Source: Azolla caroliniana (Eukaryota; Plantae; Polypodiophyta). Taken from it: a stretch of 64,000 nt of DNA. Position 1 is the first letter of the stretch, and every line of letters begins with the position of its first letter. The stretch covers positions 4,216,001 to 4,280,000 of the forward strand of contig JBHGNT010000012.1 in NCBI GenBank assembly GCA_043228905.1, given 5' to 3'. Shown here one piece after another: positions 10,595 through 23,835 of the stretch. The notes beneath the pieces are model-generated. The model had not been told where the DNA came from. It was given only the letters and a program-made list of their open reading frames with translations, and searched no databases. Position numbers and translations under genes: made by a program.

Positions 10595-12693
10595 TCTCGT
10601 CTTTCGCCCCCGAGGGTCTCACGGTTCCGCTCATGGTTCGGTCTCACCGTCAAGAATTGGACCGAGTGACGCCCATCCTGGCTCTTGACCCTTGCATAGG
10701 CCGAGCCGTTGTCCAACACCTTGGTCTCCATCCGTGCTGCCATGATGTACGGTTCTCCTAGTATAACCGGATGTGAGGACGTCTCCTGCACGAAGAAGTG
10801 CTGGTCCATCTCGACATCACCAATCTTTACTCGTACATTCGGGCAGGCTCCATGCAGTTCTTCGGTGGCATGCGTCGTTGCATGTATTTTCCACCCGTGC
10901 TTGGTGTTGATCGTCCATTTCCCCTTCTTATAGAAGTCCATGGACATCAAATTGATTTCTGAACCGTGGTCCAATGCCACCACCGGTTCATGAACATCTC
11001 TGATCTTCACGGGGGTCTCCGTGGTCGCTCTCGCCCAGTGCGGCCTTGAATAGTGGCTCTCCGCCAACTCGTCTTCCAGCGCCATGTCCTCTATGTGCGT
11101 CGTCCGCACCTCCACCGGCTTCTCCGGTTCTATCTTCGTCGACATCCTCTTCCTCTTCACCAAGTCTACGATGGAGTCGTGGAACTCCTTCTTGGCGATC
11201 CCGAGCACTTCCCTCAGCGACAGTTCCACTTTGCTGTCGAGGATTCGTTCTTCCAGGACCTTTCACAGGTCCGTGGATCTTTCGATTTCTGTGCCCAGCC
11301 GGTACCCGCCCCTCTTGGGATTATCCTGGGCGCCAGTTACACCGGCCTCATTTCGTCTTTGCCCGAATCGAGTGTCATATCATTGTGAGGGCCCGGCCCC
11401 TCCGGTTTTCCCTACCCGCTTGTCCTCCACCAGAGCCTTGTAGTTTTGACAAGCAGCTTCGACGAAGCCCGTCTTTTCTTCCACCGGGTCACCTCCCGGA
11501 CCCGTTTTTCCGCGCGGTCTGCCTCTTCTTTCCTTAGTCGTGCGCCGGCGAGGCCTTCTAGCATCGTCGGCCAGAACCCGGCTTTGTTCGTCTTCGGGGC
11601 CTCGCCACCTCCAACCCGAATACCAGTTGACGCCGAGTAGTGGACGGTCTCCGCGTGACGAGCCGCCGCCTCCTCCATCAGCCTTTTCATACCCCCTCAC
11701 CCGACGTTCAGGTCTAGGGGCCTTCGGGTTTCGCTGGCGTGCACCTGACCATACCACAGGTACACCACGTTGCTTCTCATCGCCTCGGCGAAGTCCCCGC
11801 AGTCCTTCCGGATGTGGCCAACCGCGTCACACCACATGCACTTGTTTCCAGCCAGAGGTCGTCGGTCACGGCCCTGTTCACTACCGTCCCTCCATGCCTG
11901 CGCGATCTGGAGATCCTTTACCATCCGCGTCTTTTCCTCCAGAGCTGCTCCCCTGGACGAGCCCTTGACCATGCCGGTCGAAGCCGATCCGGTCTCGAGC
12001 CAATCTCGGGTCTCTTCCCTTCGTGTTGGTGGTGTTGGCTCGAGCTTCCTTGCTATGACAGAGCCCGCCCCTTTCGATCCTTTGTCAACCCATTCCCGTC
12101 GTTTGTCGAAACGACCACAGACCCTTTTCACCACGGCCCAGTCGGCCGTCAGCCCGTCATCAGTCTCCAATAGGAGGCCTACCTGCTCCCGATCCCGCTC
12201 ATCAACTAACTTAACAAACAATAGGACACGGCTTGTGTCCAGAACGGTCCGGTCAAGCACCGAGAGGCGCGAAGCGTTCCTCAAACTCCCGGAGGAGCAC
12301 CGACGCGTTCCTTCCTTTGTCGGGGGTCTCCACCCACTCCATGAAGTCCCGCTTCGAAAGTCGAAGCGCATCTTCAAGCCCGTATTTTTCGAGGAGCCGA
12401 CCTTCGAACTCCTCCCGGGTCCGGCTCTCGGCCCGTACCTCGAGCACCTCCGTATGGATACCCGGCATCGCCACTCGAGGGAATCCGGCTAGACGCCTGT
12501 CTTCCGGAATGTCCCTCATTACCATCTCAGCCCGGTAGGACGCCAAGTAGCTCGTGGCATCCTTCCCACTAAACCGGCCGATCGTACCGACAACCGCCTC
12601 GATAGCCCTATCAAGGGCGCCGGGGCCTTCGCGCGCACTCACTATACGGTCCACAGCCGAAGCCATGGCTTCTGCAAGGTCCGACCCCCTCAT
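10585..12693 (-). pseudogene. gag: Gypsy gag + aspartic protease (frameshifted)
   Basis: GRFSGKDATSYL in gag, zinc knuckle CMWCDAVGHIRKDC, protease LDHGSEINL...VILGEPY; ORF pieces 12253..12693, 11697..12377 and 10585..11229. Confidence 0.88.
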
Positions 12694-12714
12694 CTTCTAC
12701 TCCTCTACTGCCTC

Positions 12715-12732
12715 TTCACGTCGGGTTCACCA
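12715..12732 (-). promoter_or_regulatory. Primer-binding site complementary to the tRNA-Trp 3' end
   Basis: Minus strand TGGTGAACCCGACGTGAA, 4 nt from the 5' LTR. Matches the 3' end of plant cytosolic tRNA-Trp as I recall it (...TTCACGTCGGGTTCACCA). Confidence 0.85.
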
Positions 12733-12736
12733 AATA

Positions 12737-12810
12737 TGTCGCGTTGGTACGTGCGTGCGTGGAGAACAAGGCGGGACCACTAGGGTCTTGGACCGAGGAA
12801 TAGGTGAGAA

Positions 12811-12851
<41 letters not shown>

Positions 12852-13449
12852 CGAGAGACGCTCACACACGTATAGACAAAGAAGCGCACGGGGACGTGGC
12901 CCAACAACACAGGAGACACAAGTTGAGAACGCTAGCTTATGTATATAAATATGTGTATGTATTTGTATGTATGCAGATGACTCGAACGGTTACAGCCGAT
13001 CAGGTCGGCGAGATGGATGCCGGCACCTGATCACCCACGCACACAGGAGAGCAAGATGGAGATTCTGCCAAAAGCACACGGGCGTTGCACGGAGCAGGAT
13101 CAGCCTCCTGAGAACCTATGCAAAAGAAAGCTATGGAGAACGACAGAGAAGAAGAGCTCGGTCCCAGTCCGACAGCACTTCGTCCCCTCTAGCGTGCGAT
13201 ACCTTCTCTCCCCCGTCTCCCTCTCTTTTATAGCTCAAGGAGGGAGGCCGTTTCACCCTTTTACATCACATTAATTCTCTGTCCTTTCGGACAGAGATAC
13301 TCCTTGATTTCCCCTATAGAATATTGCTACCTAGGATTTGACCTTTGTGCCTACCTATCTACTATACAACAAGGGGTGTGCCCACGTGTAAGGGCCGGTT
13401 CACACACACTATACACGGTTTGCGCTTGGGGACGGTTTTCTTCACGACA
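12737..13449 (-). repeat. 5' LTR of Gypsy-1 (713 bp)
   Basis: Differs from the 3' LTR by 12 nt of extra GA repeat, a 23-bp segment, and about 13 substitutions counted by eye. Confidence 0.97.
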
Positions 13450-13699
13450 CCGGATAATTTCAAGTGGTGAAGGAATGAGTCTCCTAAAGCTAACAACAAG
13501 ATGTAAGCCAATGACACCCATAACATCAGAAATCAAGGATATAATCACCATATTTTGGACTAATGAGAGTAGGCTTTCACCCAATAAGAAGGATTTATGT
13601 AGGAAACGTGTTGGAAGGAGTTAATACGAGGAGCATCCCATTCATATTCGATGTACCTCATGTATTTACAATTATCTCAACTTTTGTTTTGAGTTTTGA

Positions 13700-14405
13700 G
13701 ATTAGTTAGTTAGCTAATTAACTACCTCAGAATATGACCATAGATAACTAACTACTGGTAATAGCTAAATAGTTAAATAGCTATTGCCAATAGCTAATTT
13801 AGTTATTATCAGTTAATTACCTAGCACAATAGCTAATTAGCTATCTCAGAATATGGCCATAGCTAACTAGCTACTAGTAATACCTAAATAACTATTGCCA
13901 ATAGAAAACTTAGCTATTATCAGTTAATTAGCTACAACAATAACTAATTAGCTATCTCAGAATATGACCATTGCTAACTAGCTACTAGTAATAGCTAAAT
14001 AGCGATTGCCAATAGCATTAGCTACCACAATAGTTAATTAGCTACCTCAAGATATGACCATAGCTACTCTTAATAGCTAATTAGCTACACTTAATAGCTA
14101 ACTAGCTATAACCGTCGCTAATTAGCTACAAAATATGACTACTAGTAATAGCTAATTAGCTACAAAATATGACTACTAGTAATAGCTAATTAGCTACATC
14201 AGAATATGATCATAGCTAATTAGTTATTGGAAATATCTAGTTAGCTATGTCAAGTGCTAATTAGCTACTGACCATAGCTAATTAGCTACTCTTCATAGCT
14301 ATTTAGCTACTATCAATAACTAATTAGTACTCTTATTAGCTAATTAGCTACAAGGAGAGTATGATCAGAGCTAATTAGCTACCACACTATGTCTAACTAG
14401 CTACA
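13700..14405. repeat. Array of palindromic AGCTAATTAGCT motifs inside a putative transposase intron
   Basis: Dozens of exact or degenerate (T)AGCTAATTAGCT(A) units separated by short spacers. Transposase coding resumes after ttattag|g at about 14468. Confidence 0.9.
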
Positions 14406-16473
14406 TCAAGGTGCATCAGAATACTCACTGGACTCCCTTTTTATTACGCGGGTCGATTTATTTATTAGGTTCAAGCGAATGCATCCAAATATCAAAGTTC
14501 AACTACGAACATTTGAGTCTCTTAAACCACACTTTGTGAGATGCTTAAAGGATTGATACACGTGTTGTTGCATTTACCATGTACAAATGGGTTTTCTCAA
14601 GGACTTTGTTAATCTACTACGTCACTATAGCTCCTCCCTAGAGGATGCAGTCTGCACTTGTGAGTGCCCAATTTGTCAATCTAGCCCGCAAGAGCATTGT
14701 AAATCATCAGAGCATGGTATCTCTTTGATGAGTGGTCGTTTAAATTTAGTATTGTGTCCGAGAGAATTTGAGGCGTTCTTCCATAGTCATAAATGTGTCA
14801 TGGGTTTATGTCAAGATTGCGGCCCTAGTAGATTTAGGTGGTATCCAAAAGAGTTGAGTAGTGAAACATTAATCTCTATCAAGTTATTTGAGTCTATGGA
14901 CACCAACTTCGAAGGAAAGTTGTGTAAAAGAAAGGACCTAGTTAGGAAGTCGCTTAAACTAAGGGATTTGGCGTTTCTATTTGTAGTATCTCTAGGAAAG
15001 TTCATTAAACACAACTTCATTTATTCATGGCACGCCCATCAATTTAAGACTTGCATATCTTATTTTCCAAATGATGTAGTAGTCTCAGTAGTAGATTTCG
15101 CAGAGAATTATACTTTCAAGCAACATAATGAAATTCAATCCATGCATTGGTGTTCAATGCAAGTAACCATTTTTGTGCACATAACATATTTTCGAGTTTC
15201 AGGTGATCTTAAGAAAGTAATTCATTTTTTTGTTTCTAATGATAAGAAGCATGATACCTTGTTTGTCCAACACTGTTTTCAGTTACATTAGCAATGGTTA
15301 TTATGTCAACATTGGGTCTGGTCTAATGGAGTTGCATCACAATTCAAGGCTAGACGTCCATTTTATTTTGTTAGGAGGCATCCTTCTATAACAGGTTTGG
15401 AGATGAGATGGAATTATTTTGGGTCTAGCCACGGTAAAGGTGAACATGATGTAGCAGGTGCAGTTATAAAGCGGGCACTAACCCATGAACAGCTAAAGGC
15501 AAATGGTGTGCATATGAATTGTGCATCACATGTCATCAAATTTTTAAGAGCTAATATGTCAACGAGTGCAACTAGTGTTTATTCCTCGCAAGTCCGAGAT
15601 ATCAAACATGAAATTTGGGAAGTGAAGATAGCTGAAGTAAATAGGGAGAAGATTTGGGAATTCCCGAATTGCGATCTCTCCATGTTGTTCGGGGTTATTC
15701 TAGGTTGGATGGTCATTGTATTGCGGTTAGAGAATTAACTTGTTTTTGCTTCCATTGTGTGCAGGGAAATTGGAGGTATTGTTTAAACAAAGCATATATT
15801 CTGATTTGGGAGTACCATACATTGAATGATAAGGACGCATTTGATTTAGAAACAGAAACATATCAGGGACGTGGAGATACTCTGAGTGATGTTTTAAACA
15901 TTGCGAATAATTTTGTTGTAAATGCAGAAGAAGCCAATTCAGAGGGTGTTGATTTCTATATATTGAAGTGCACAGTTTGTAAACATTGTGCAATGAAGAA
16001 TATTGTAGATGCTTGGGGAAATTTTGTATCCACCGGGACATTCTACATCGAAGGTATTTTTTATGCAAGACTAGATGATTACGATTATGTATATAGGCTT
16101 TTAGAAGACAAACCGATAGCATACATGTACTCTCAATTGGTTAAGTGCATCAACGTCCCGATGTCGTAATACAATAGCTACTCATGCTTATACACAATTA
16201 GTGCTAATGTGTATGAATGTATTTGCAACATTATGCCATGGAATTTGTAGCTACAAGGAGATCATACCAGTTTTCTTGTAAAACAAGCAGAGCACATGTA
16301 TTGCAAAAAAACAGTTTAATAAAATCATTTGCGAGATTGTCTTCTTTATGATATATAGTTTTCTTTCTGTTCATGTTTCTTAATCAAATCATTTGGGAGT
16401 GTTCTTTTTTATATACAGTCTTCTCTCTGTCCTTGTTTCACAATAAAATCGTTTGTCTGTTTAATAAAATCGT

Positions 16474-19400
16474 TGTCGTGTTGTTCCACTTGTGCGGGAG
16501 AGACTAAGGCGGGACCACAGGGGCCTTGAACCGAGGGATAACCGAACAGAGGGAGGAGCGACGCAAGAACAATGGCCGAGCCACACACGCACTCAAATAC
16601 ACAAAGCTCGCAACTTATTCGACAACGGAAAACAAGACGAATATATATTTATATGATCAGGGTTACAACTGGCAAGCTGGTGAGCGACAAGGCTCTAACA
16701 CTCACATGCACACACAAAAACGTGAGATGGAGACTCTATCAGAAGCACTCAGGCATTCCACGAAGCAGAGGCAGCCTCCCGAAACCCTGTAGAGAGGAAC
16801 AATAGAGAAAGACAGAGGAGAAGAGCTCAGTCCCGGTTCGACAACACTTCCTCCTCCACAAACCTCCTCCCCCCCCCCCCCCCTCTTGACCCTGCCCCTC
16901 TCCCTCTCTTTTATAGCCTAAGGAGGGAAAGACGTTAGAACCAGTCACAACACCATTAGTCTTTGCCCTTTCAGATAGAGATACTCCTCGATTTCCTACC
17001 TAATGAGTATGCGCTACCTAGGATATTCATATCAACTAGTCTGTACCTAATTATGTACAATACATCAGATTTTGTGCCCGCGTGTAAGGGCCGGTTCAAG
17101 CACACTATTCCCGGATTCCGCCTCAGGACGGTTTTCTTCTCGACATCTGCCCCCACAAAACCGCACATCCACCAGTATATGCCAACTAGACCTTAACCGG
17201 AGAAAACCGGCCCGTTCTCATCTTTCGTTCTCTGAATCGTCATCCTCCCCGATCCGATCGTCAATGTCATCCACGCTCTCTAGGTCTGGTTCGTCCTCAT
17301 GCCGCTTCTTGAATGCCTTGATCCTCTTCCCGGCCACCGACACTACTATTCTCGTTCCCTCGAGCTCCACGAGATGGTAGGTGCTATTGTTGTTGGCTCT
17401 TGTCACCGCGTAAGGCCCGGACCACCTGCTCGTAAATTTCCGCATCGCCTTGTGCTGGTTGTCAAGGCTGCTATCGTAGACCAGAACCCAATCACCTTCC
17501 TCGATTTTCTTTGGTCATAGTCGGTGGGTCTGGTCGAATCGCCCCTTGTTCTTTGTCCTTGCCGCACGCACCTTCACCAATGCTCGTTCCACATCCTCCG
17601 GTCTTCGCTCGAGCTGTCGGATTCACGCCACTAACAGCTCCTCCTAGCTCATCTCGTCTCCTCAGTCCACCGCAGCCCATGAGGAGATCGTCCGGTCCAT
17701 CGGCATGATCGGCTTCTGTCCGTACATCAGCTCCGTCGGCATGAACCTGGGTACCGAACTGTGCGTAGTTCGGTCCGCCCACAACGCGTAAGGTAGGAGC
17801 CGCGGCCCATTCCCGACTTGGCCTTCACATGCCCATACCAATGCCTTTACGATTGGCCCGTGTCTGCGTTCCACCTTCCCGTTTGCCTCCGGATTGTATG
17901 TCGTTGTGAGCGAGAGTTTAACCCCTAACCGATCAAACAGCTCTTCGACCTCTTGCGCATCCAGTTCTCCACGGTCCGCTACGATCTTCCCTACGCACCC
18001 GTACCGACATACCACCTCTTCGATTAGGAACCGGCACACAGCCGCGGTCGTCTTGTTCGGCAACGCTCGGCCCTCCACCTGGCTCGTCAGGTCCTCTCGT
18101 GCTAGCACCATGTATCGCATCCGCCCTACCCCCATCGGCATCGTCACCAGATCCACCATCCAATTGAAGTGGATGGTCGGCGGGTAAGTCGGGTACAACT
18201 CGTCCCGATGTTGGACTATGGAATGTATCTGACAGCTTTCGCAAGTCGTTACGAACCGATGCACGTCCCGGTACAGTCCCGACCACCAATACTTCCACTT
18301 CAGCTTCTCAAACGTGGCCCATGTCCCCCGATGTCCGGCCCAAGGACTCTCGTGGTACGCCTTTAGCAATGCTTCCTGCTCCTCCTTCCTCACCACTACG
18401 TGGGACGTCGTCTCGCTTCTTCGGGTGCTTCCATATGCTTCCGTCTCGTAGGAAGAATCGGTACGCCTTCTTCCGGATCCAGTTAGCCTCTTCCTTTGCC
18501 CACGCCGCGTCCGACATCATCGTTTTCAAGAACCCACCGATCTAGAGCCACTCCCCGTCGTACTTTCTCTCGTCGAACTCGTTAAGCGCCGGAGTGCCCC
18601 CCTTTCTCGTCGTCACATAAGCCGTCTTGAAGAAGTCCACGCCAACTTCCGTGTCCTCCGAAACCATGCCGCCCTCATCATCAAACCTCGCTCTCAAAAG
18701 CATGTCGGCCATGGCATTGTCCTTCCCGTAGATGTGCCGAATCTCCGGATTCAGGGACCTGATGTACGCTATCCACCTGAGCATTGCCAAGTTCAACGTC
18801 GCGCATCCGGAAACCATACCAAGAATCGGTAGGCCGTCTGTCTCTATTATTACCTCTGTCCCAATCAGGTAGTCTTTGTCGGCCTTGACCACCGAAACGA
18901 TACCCTAGAGTTCGTGTTTAACCTGGCCCTATCGTCGTTGTATCCTCGTTGTCGCTCGCTAAGCATTTTCGCTCCGAACTAGATGGGGAACCTCGTGTCG
19001 TTCTCATCCTCCACGTTGATCACCCATCCGATTCCGGTCGGACTCGTGTCTACGGTTACATAAATCGGAACATGTTTACCGTAGACCGCTTTCCGGAGTG
19101 TCGGTGCCGCGACAAGTGCTTCTTTCATTTTCCGGACCGACTCCGCATGCTCCCCGCTCCACGCGAACTTGCGCCCTTTCTTCAACAACCCGTAGAGCGG
19201 CTCTACGATATGGGCGTAATGCGGGATCCAAATGTAGTAGAACGTGCAAGCTCCCAAGAACCTCCGGACTTCTATAACCGACCTGCAATCTTCCTTCATC
19301 GCGGAGAAAGTTTCCACCTTAGCCGGAGACGGTTTTCAGCCATAAGGCCCGCACAAGTGTCCAACGACCATGATTTCCGACTGTCCGAAAGCCGATTTCT

Positions 19401-22350
19401 CCCTAGAGAAGGTGAGCCGCGCGCCTTCCAGCTTCTTTAGCACCTCCTCGCAGTCTCTGATGTGGTCCGAGACGAATTTTTGACACCCGTCTGGTCCGAC
19501 CGTTTCATCCTTATCCTCCACCGGACATCCCTTGATCGGAATGTCATCCAAGAATGGCATGGTGATGTCCGAGATGCAGTCCCTTAGCACCTTATTCATC
19601 ACATTCACCATGTGCGCTACCGAGTTTGTCCCTCCTTGCGAAAGCGTACACATCCGAACTAGGCCGAGAGGAGTCCGCATTGTCGTAATATCCCTGCTCT
19701 CTACGGCTAGTTGGAATTGGTCGTACCCCAAGTAAAGATCCCCGATCAAGTAAATCGACCTTCCGGCAAAGGCCTCCGTGAACTCGTCAATGGTCGGTCC
19801 GATTCCGGCGTTCTGAATGGTCACCTTGTTGACCAACTGCAGGTCCTGAATAAAGTGCAACGTGTCATTCTTCTTTGGCACAGTAAACCACTGATTTGAA
19901 TACGAGGCACTCGACGGCTCGAGGATGCCCATCTCCACCTTTTGCTTCAGCGGCTCCATCAACTTCGGGATGTGAGCTTTGGGTACTAGAATCGGCTTGA
20001 GATTCCACGGTACATGCGGTACTGTGAAGATAACCATTGGTTCAATGACCGTCGGGTCTACGCACCCGATCTCCTCCGGCGAGAATGCGAAGGCCTTCCC
20101 GTGCCTCCCGAGCATTCTCCGAAACCGTTCCTCCTCCGCCGGTAGTAGAAAGCCACCCCCAACGACCTTGAGCTCCCGTATTGTTATGTCGATGAACCGG
20201 TGTCCTATGCCGGCCGGATCTCGTTAACTTGGGTCCGACGCGACCCCTTTCATCCGTAACTCGTTGCCCTCCGACAAGGGTGCCACGACTGGCCTCACCT
20301 TCCGGTCTACAATCTTGTACCTTGTATCCACACGGGCCGTTCGATCCGACTCGACCCCTTTCCCGAAGTCGGCAATGACTTCGTACATCCGTTCCAAACT
20401 AACCGGAATCGTCCAGTCTTCACTGAGGCCTTCTTCGAGCACGTTCCTTAGATCTCCAAAGGTGTCGTCAAAAGAGACCGCCTCCACGGCACTGCCTATC
20501 ACTTCGTCGGGGCCTAGGAATCTGCATGCCCTAAGACGTTCCTCCGCCCACTTCTTCTCTCGGCCGCTAGTGCCGGTTATTGTACAACCTCCGTTGTCGG
20601 AAAACCAAAATTTCCTGTCTATAGTACAGGGTTTCCTTCCTATGCTACACGTGTGGGGTTTTTCCGAGGTGTCCGGACTACCGTGGCCCCACACCTTGAT
20701 AGCCCTCTCTAAAAATCCCCTCAGCTTTCGTCGCCGAGTGTCTCGCAATTGCGTTCGTGGTTCGGTCGCACCGTTAGATATTGGACGAAGTGTCGCCCAT
20801 CTTGGCTCTTCACGCGTGCATACGCCGAACCGTTATCCAACACCTTCGTCTCCATGCGTGCTGCCGTAATGTATGGTTCTCCGAGTATCACCGGGTGCAA
20901 GGATGTCTCCTGCACGAAGAAGTGCTAGTCAATCTCGACATCACCGATTTTCACGCATACATTTGGGCAAGCCCCGTGTAGCTCCTCTGTGGCGCATGTC
21001 GCCGCTCGTATTTTCCACTCGTGCTTGGATGGAACATCAGGTTGATCTCCGAACCGTGGTCTACCAATGCCACCACCGGCTCGTAGATGTCTCTGATCCG
21101 AACCGGTGTCTCCATAGTGGCTCTTTGCTAGTGCAGCTTCAAATAGTGGCTTTCCGCCAACTCGTCCTCCAGGCCATATCTTCCAGGTGCGTTCTTCGCA
21201 CCTACAACGACTTCTCCAGCTCCGGCTCCGTCGAAAACCGTTTCTGCTTCACCAAGTCCATGATGGAGTCGTGGAACTCCTTCTTGGCGATCTCGAGCAC
21301 TTCCCTTAACGACAGGTCCACCTTGTTATCGAGGATTTGTTCCTCTGAAACTTTTCGTAGATCCGTCGTCCTTTCTATCTCGGTGCTTAGTCGGTAACCG
21401 GCCTTCTTTGTTTTGTCCGGTGCACCAGTGGTATCGGCGTCATTCTGCGTCGACCCGAACCGGGTCTCGTACCATTGCGAGGGTCCGGCCCCTCCGGCTT
21501 TTCCCGCACGTTTGTCCTCTACTAGAACCTCGTAGTTCTGGCACTCAGCTTCCACGAAGCCAGTCTTTTCCTCGACCGGGTCATCCCACCCGATGACCTC
21601 CCGGACCTGCCTTACCACGCGGTCTGCTTCCTCCTTCCTCAGCCGCACACCAGCGAGGCCTTCTAGCACCAACGGCCAGAACCCAGGGTCCTTCGTCCTA
21701 CGGCCTTCGTCACTCCCGACCCGGATTCCTGCCGACGCCGAGTAGTGGATGGTCTCTACATGGCGCGCCGCCGCTTCTTCCATCCGCTGCTTCATTCCTC
21801 CACGTCCAATGTTCGACTCCAGGGCTCTCCGGGTCTCGCTAGAATGCACTCGCTTGTTCCACAGGTACACCACATTAGCCCTGAGCGCTTCCGCGAAGTC
21901 CCTGCATTCCTTCCAAATGTGACCAACTACGTCACACCACAAGCATTGATGCCCAACCGGAGGCCTTCGATCGCTAGGCTGCTCGCCGTCGTCCCTCCTT
22001 GCCTGTGCAATCTGGAGGTCTTGTACCATCTACGTCAGCTCTTCCACAACCGCTCCTCCAGACGGGCCTTTGACCACACTGGTCGATGTCGGGCCTATCT
22101 CGAGCCAATCTCGGGTCTCCTCCCTTCACGCCGGCGGGGGTCCCTCAAGCTTTCTTGCCACAACAGATCCCGCCCCCGATGAGCCCTTGTCGCCGCACTC
22201 ATGCCGTTTGTCGAAACGGCCATAGACTCTTTTCATCACGGCTCAGTCGGTCGTCATGACGTCGTTTGTCTCCAGCAGGAGACCCACTTGCTCCCAATCC
22301 CGCACGTCCACAGCCTTTACGAACAACAGAACCTTGCTCCCAATCCCGCA
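16474..22350 (-). mobile_element. 5'-truncated Ty3/Gypsy element (Gypsy-2), same lineage as Gypsy-1
   Basis: 3' LTR 16474-17145 (TGTC...GACA) with adjacent PPT gtgggggcaga. Broken IN, RH, RT (MPFLDD), PR and gag ORFs at 17218-22340, homologous to Gypsy-1. 5' gag, PBS and 5' LTR are missing. Confidence 0.93.
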
Positions 22351-22754
22351 TTATCCTTTTGCTCACAATTTTCCTGTGTCCACTGACCCTTGAAATTTTG
22401 TCGCCACTTCAGGAAGAATCTTTCTACACCCTTCCACACATATGTACGTGGTTTTTCACTCCAAATAAACAAATCAAAGTATTGCACAACCCACACTAGA
22501 AATTGATTCGCGTCCCTCCTTGGCTGCGTATATCACACACTCATCAGGACTTTATCAAGATCCAAGATCAAGGCTCTTCTATCTTCTAATGGTTTAGGTT
22601 TCCATAATTGTAACTGACCTTGTGTTACACCAAGTATTGGTAGCATACGATCAATTTCAATCAACTCAGGTTCTGTCGACCCAATTGGTATCCTTTTGTT
22701 GAGTGACAAGCTCAACATTGAGTGCGTAATACGATGCGTAAACCGGAAGGCCAT
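22351..22754 (-). pseudogene. FCP1/NIF-like (CTD-phosphatase family) HAD domain fragment, Sola2 cargo
   Basis: Reading through one TGA: RALILDLDKVLMSV*YTQPRRDANQFLVWVVQYFDLFIWSEKPRTYVWKGVERFFLKWRQNFKGQWTQENC. This shows the DLDxxL motif I, R..FL, IWS and W.Q..C features of NIF domains. The C-terminus is lost at the Gypsy-2 junction. Confidence 0.72.
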
Positions 22755-23835
22755 CAGTATGGTATTCCTCGTAAGGAATAATTTTGGGAGTTACTGTAGC
22801 AAGCTCATTTATGAGCATTCAAGTACTGTCAGTACTTGTGTCAGCCCGATAGTCAGGGCTTGTATATAAGGTGCTCACTAAGCACGAAGTATGTACAGAA
22901 CGGAGAACTATTATTTTGAAATAGATTTGAGTTGTATGCTCTGTCTCTGTCTCTCCCTCTCTCCATCTCCATCTCTGCGTTTTCAGTGTTTTACCGAATT
23001 GTCTTATTCTCCCAAACTGTGTACTCTGTGTCTTACGCACACGCTTCCACACAACGTATTCTTTCACACCTTTTCCTCTTCAAACCCTTGGTCGACTGTG
23101 TCATTGTGTTTGCTTCACCTTGTCTTGTTGTTGTGCAGTCATTGGGCTTGGCTTCACACTATTTCTCTCTTGTATAGTTGATTGTGTCATCAGTCCTAGC
23201 ATTACCTTTGTGCATGTAGATAAGTCTCCTCTAGTCAATATCAGCCCACTAGTATCACATGTTGCATCTACCTGCAAAATCAGATCATTTGTGCAACATG
23301 CTTGATCTACTTGCGTGACTAGATCATTTGTGTCAGTTGCTAAATCTACTTTCAAGATGGGGCCCTCTAAACACGTAGCAACATCAATAGTTTCCACATT
23401 GTCATCGGCCTTATGAGCAATAGATTCAAACCCTTTAGACTCTGCAACATCAGAAAACACCAACATATTCGCACTCACAAAGTAGCTAACAGTCTCACAA
23501 AACAACATAATGAACATGAAATATTCTGCAACAAAATAATAATATTATTTTAATCTCCATCATAGAGTTCCATTACATAATGTGGATCAAGCAACAACCA
23601 ATCTGAGGTTTTACTTGTCCAAATAGATCATAGAAAATCTTCATAATTTTCTAGGAAAATAGCTAACAATCATATCCCACTAATCAGTAATTAGCAGTAA
23701 TTAGCTCCAATTCAAGAGCCCCTTGACCGAGTAATTGGTCTTGTCCCCAATTGTGGCCCCTTCTTCAGCCTTTTTCTAGCCGGTTTCCCATTTAGCCTTG
23801 CTTCTTTCACCCATTGCGCAAGTGTGTCCTCCTCC

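Larger units (their letters stand above)
6347..13449 (-). mobile_element. Full-length Ty3/Gypsy LTR retrotransposon (non-chromovirus), degenerate ORFs
   Basis: LTRs 6347-7024 and 12737-13449 (TGTC...GACA). 4-bp TSD CCGG at 6343-6346 and 13450-13453. PBS and PPT present. Order gag-PR-RT-RH-IN on the minus strand. Confidence 0.97.
5894..16169 (+). pseudogene. Sola2-type DDD transposase pseudogene (segments about 5894-6346, 13454-13690, 14469-16169), split by a Gypsy insertion and a putative intron
   Basis: The frame is restored across the Gypsy (NTMNR|IISSGEG...FWTNESRLSPNKKD). It continues FKRMHPNIKVQLRTFESLKPHFV..CCCIYH, DFAENY..EIQSMHW..QVTIFVH, SNDKKHD, WSNGVASQFK, WNYFGSSHGKGEHDVAGAVIKR and CFCFHC. 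Several stops and frameshifts; the second catalytic Asp reads N (WSNG). Confidence 0.85.

Noticed and set aside
7182-12538. Plus-strand ORFs up to 271 aa opposite Gypsy gag-pol (similarly within Gypsy-2 and the Copias)
   Set aside because: Antisense shadows of GC-rich coding sequence.
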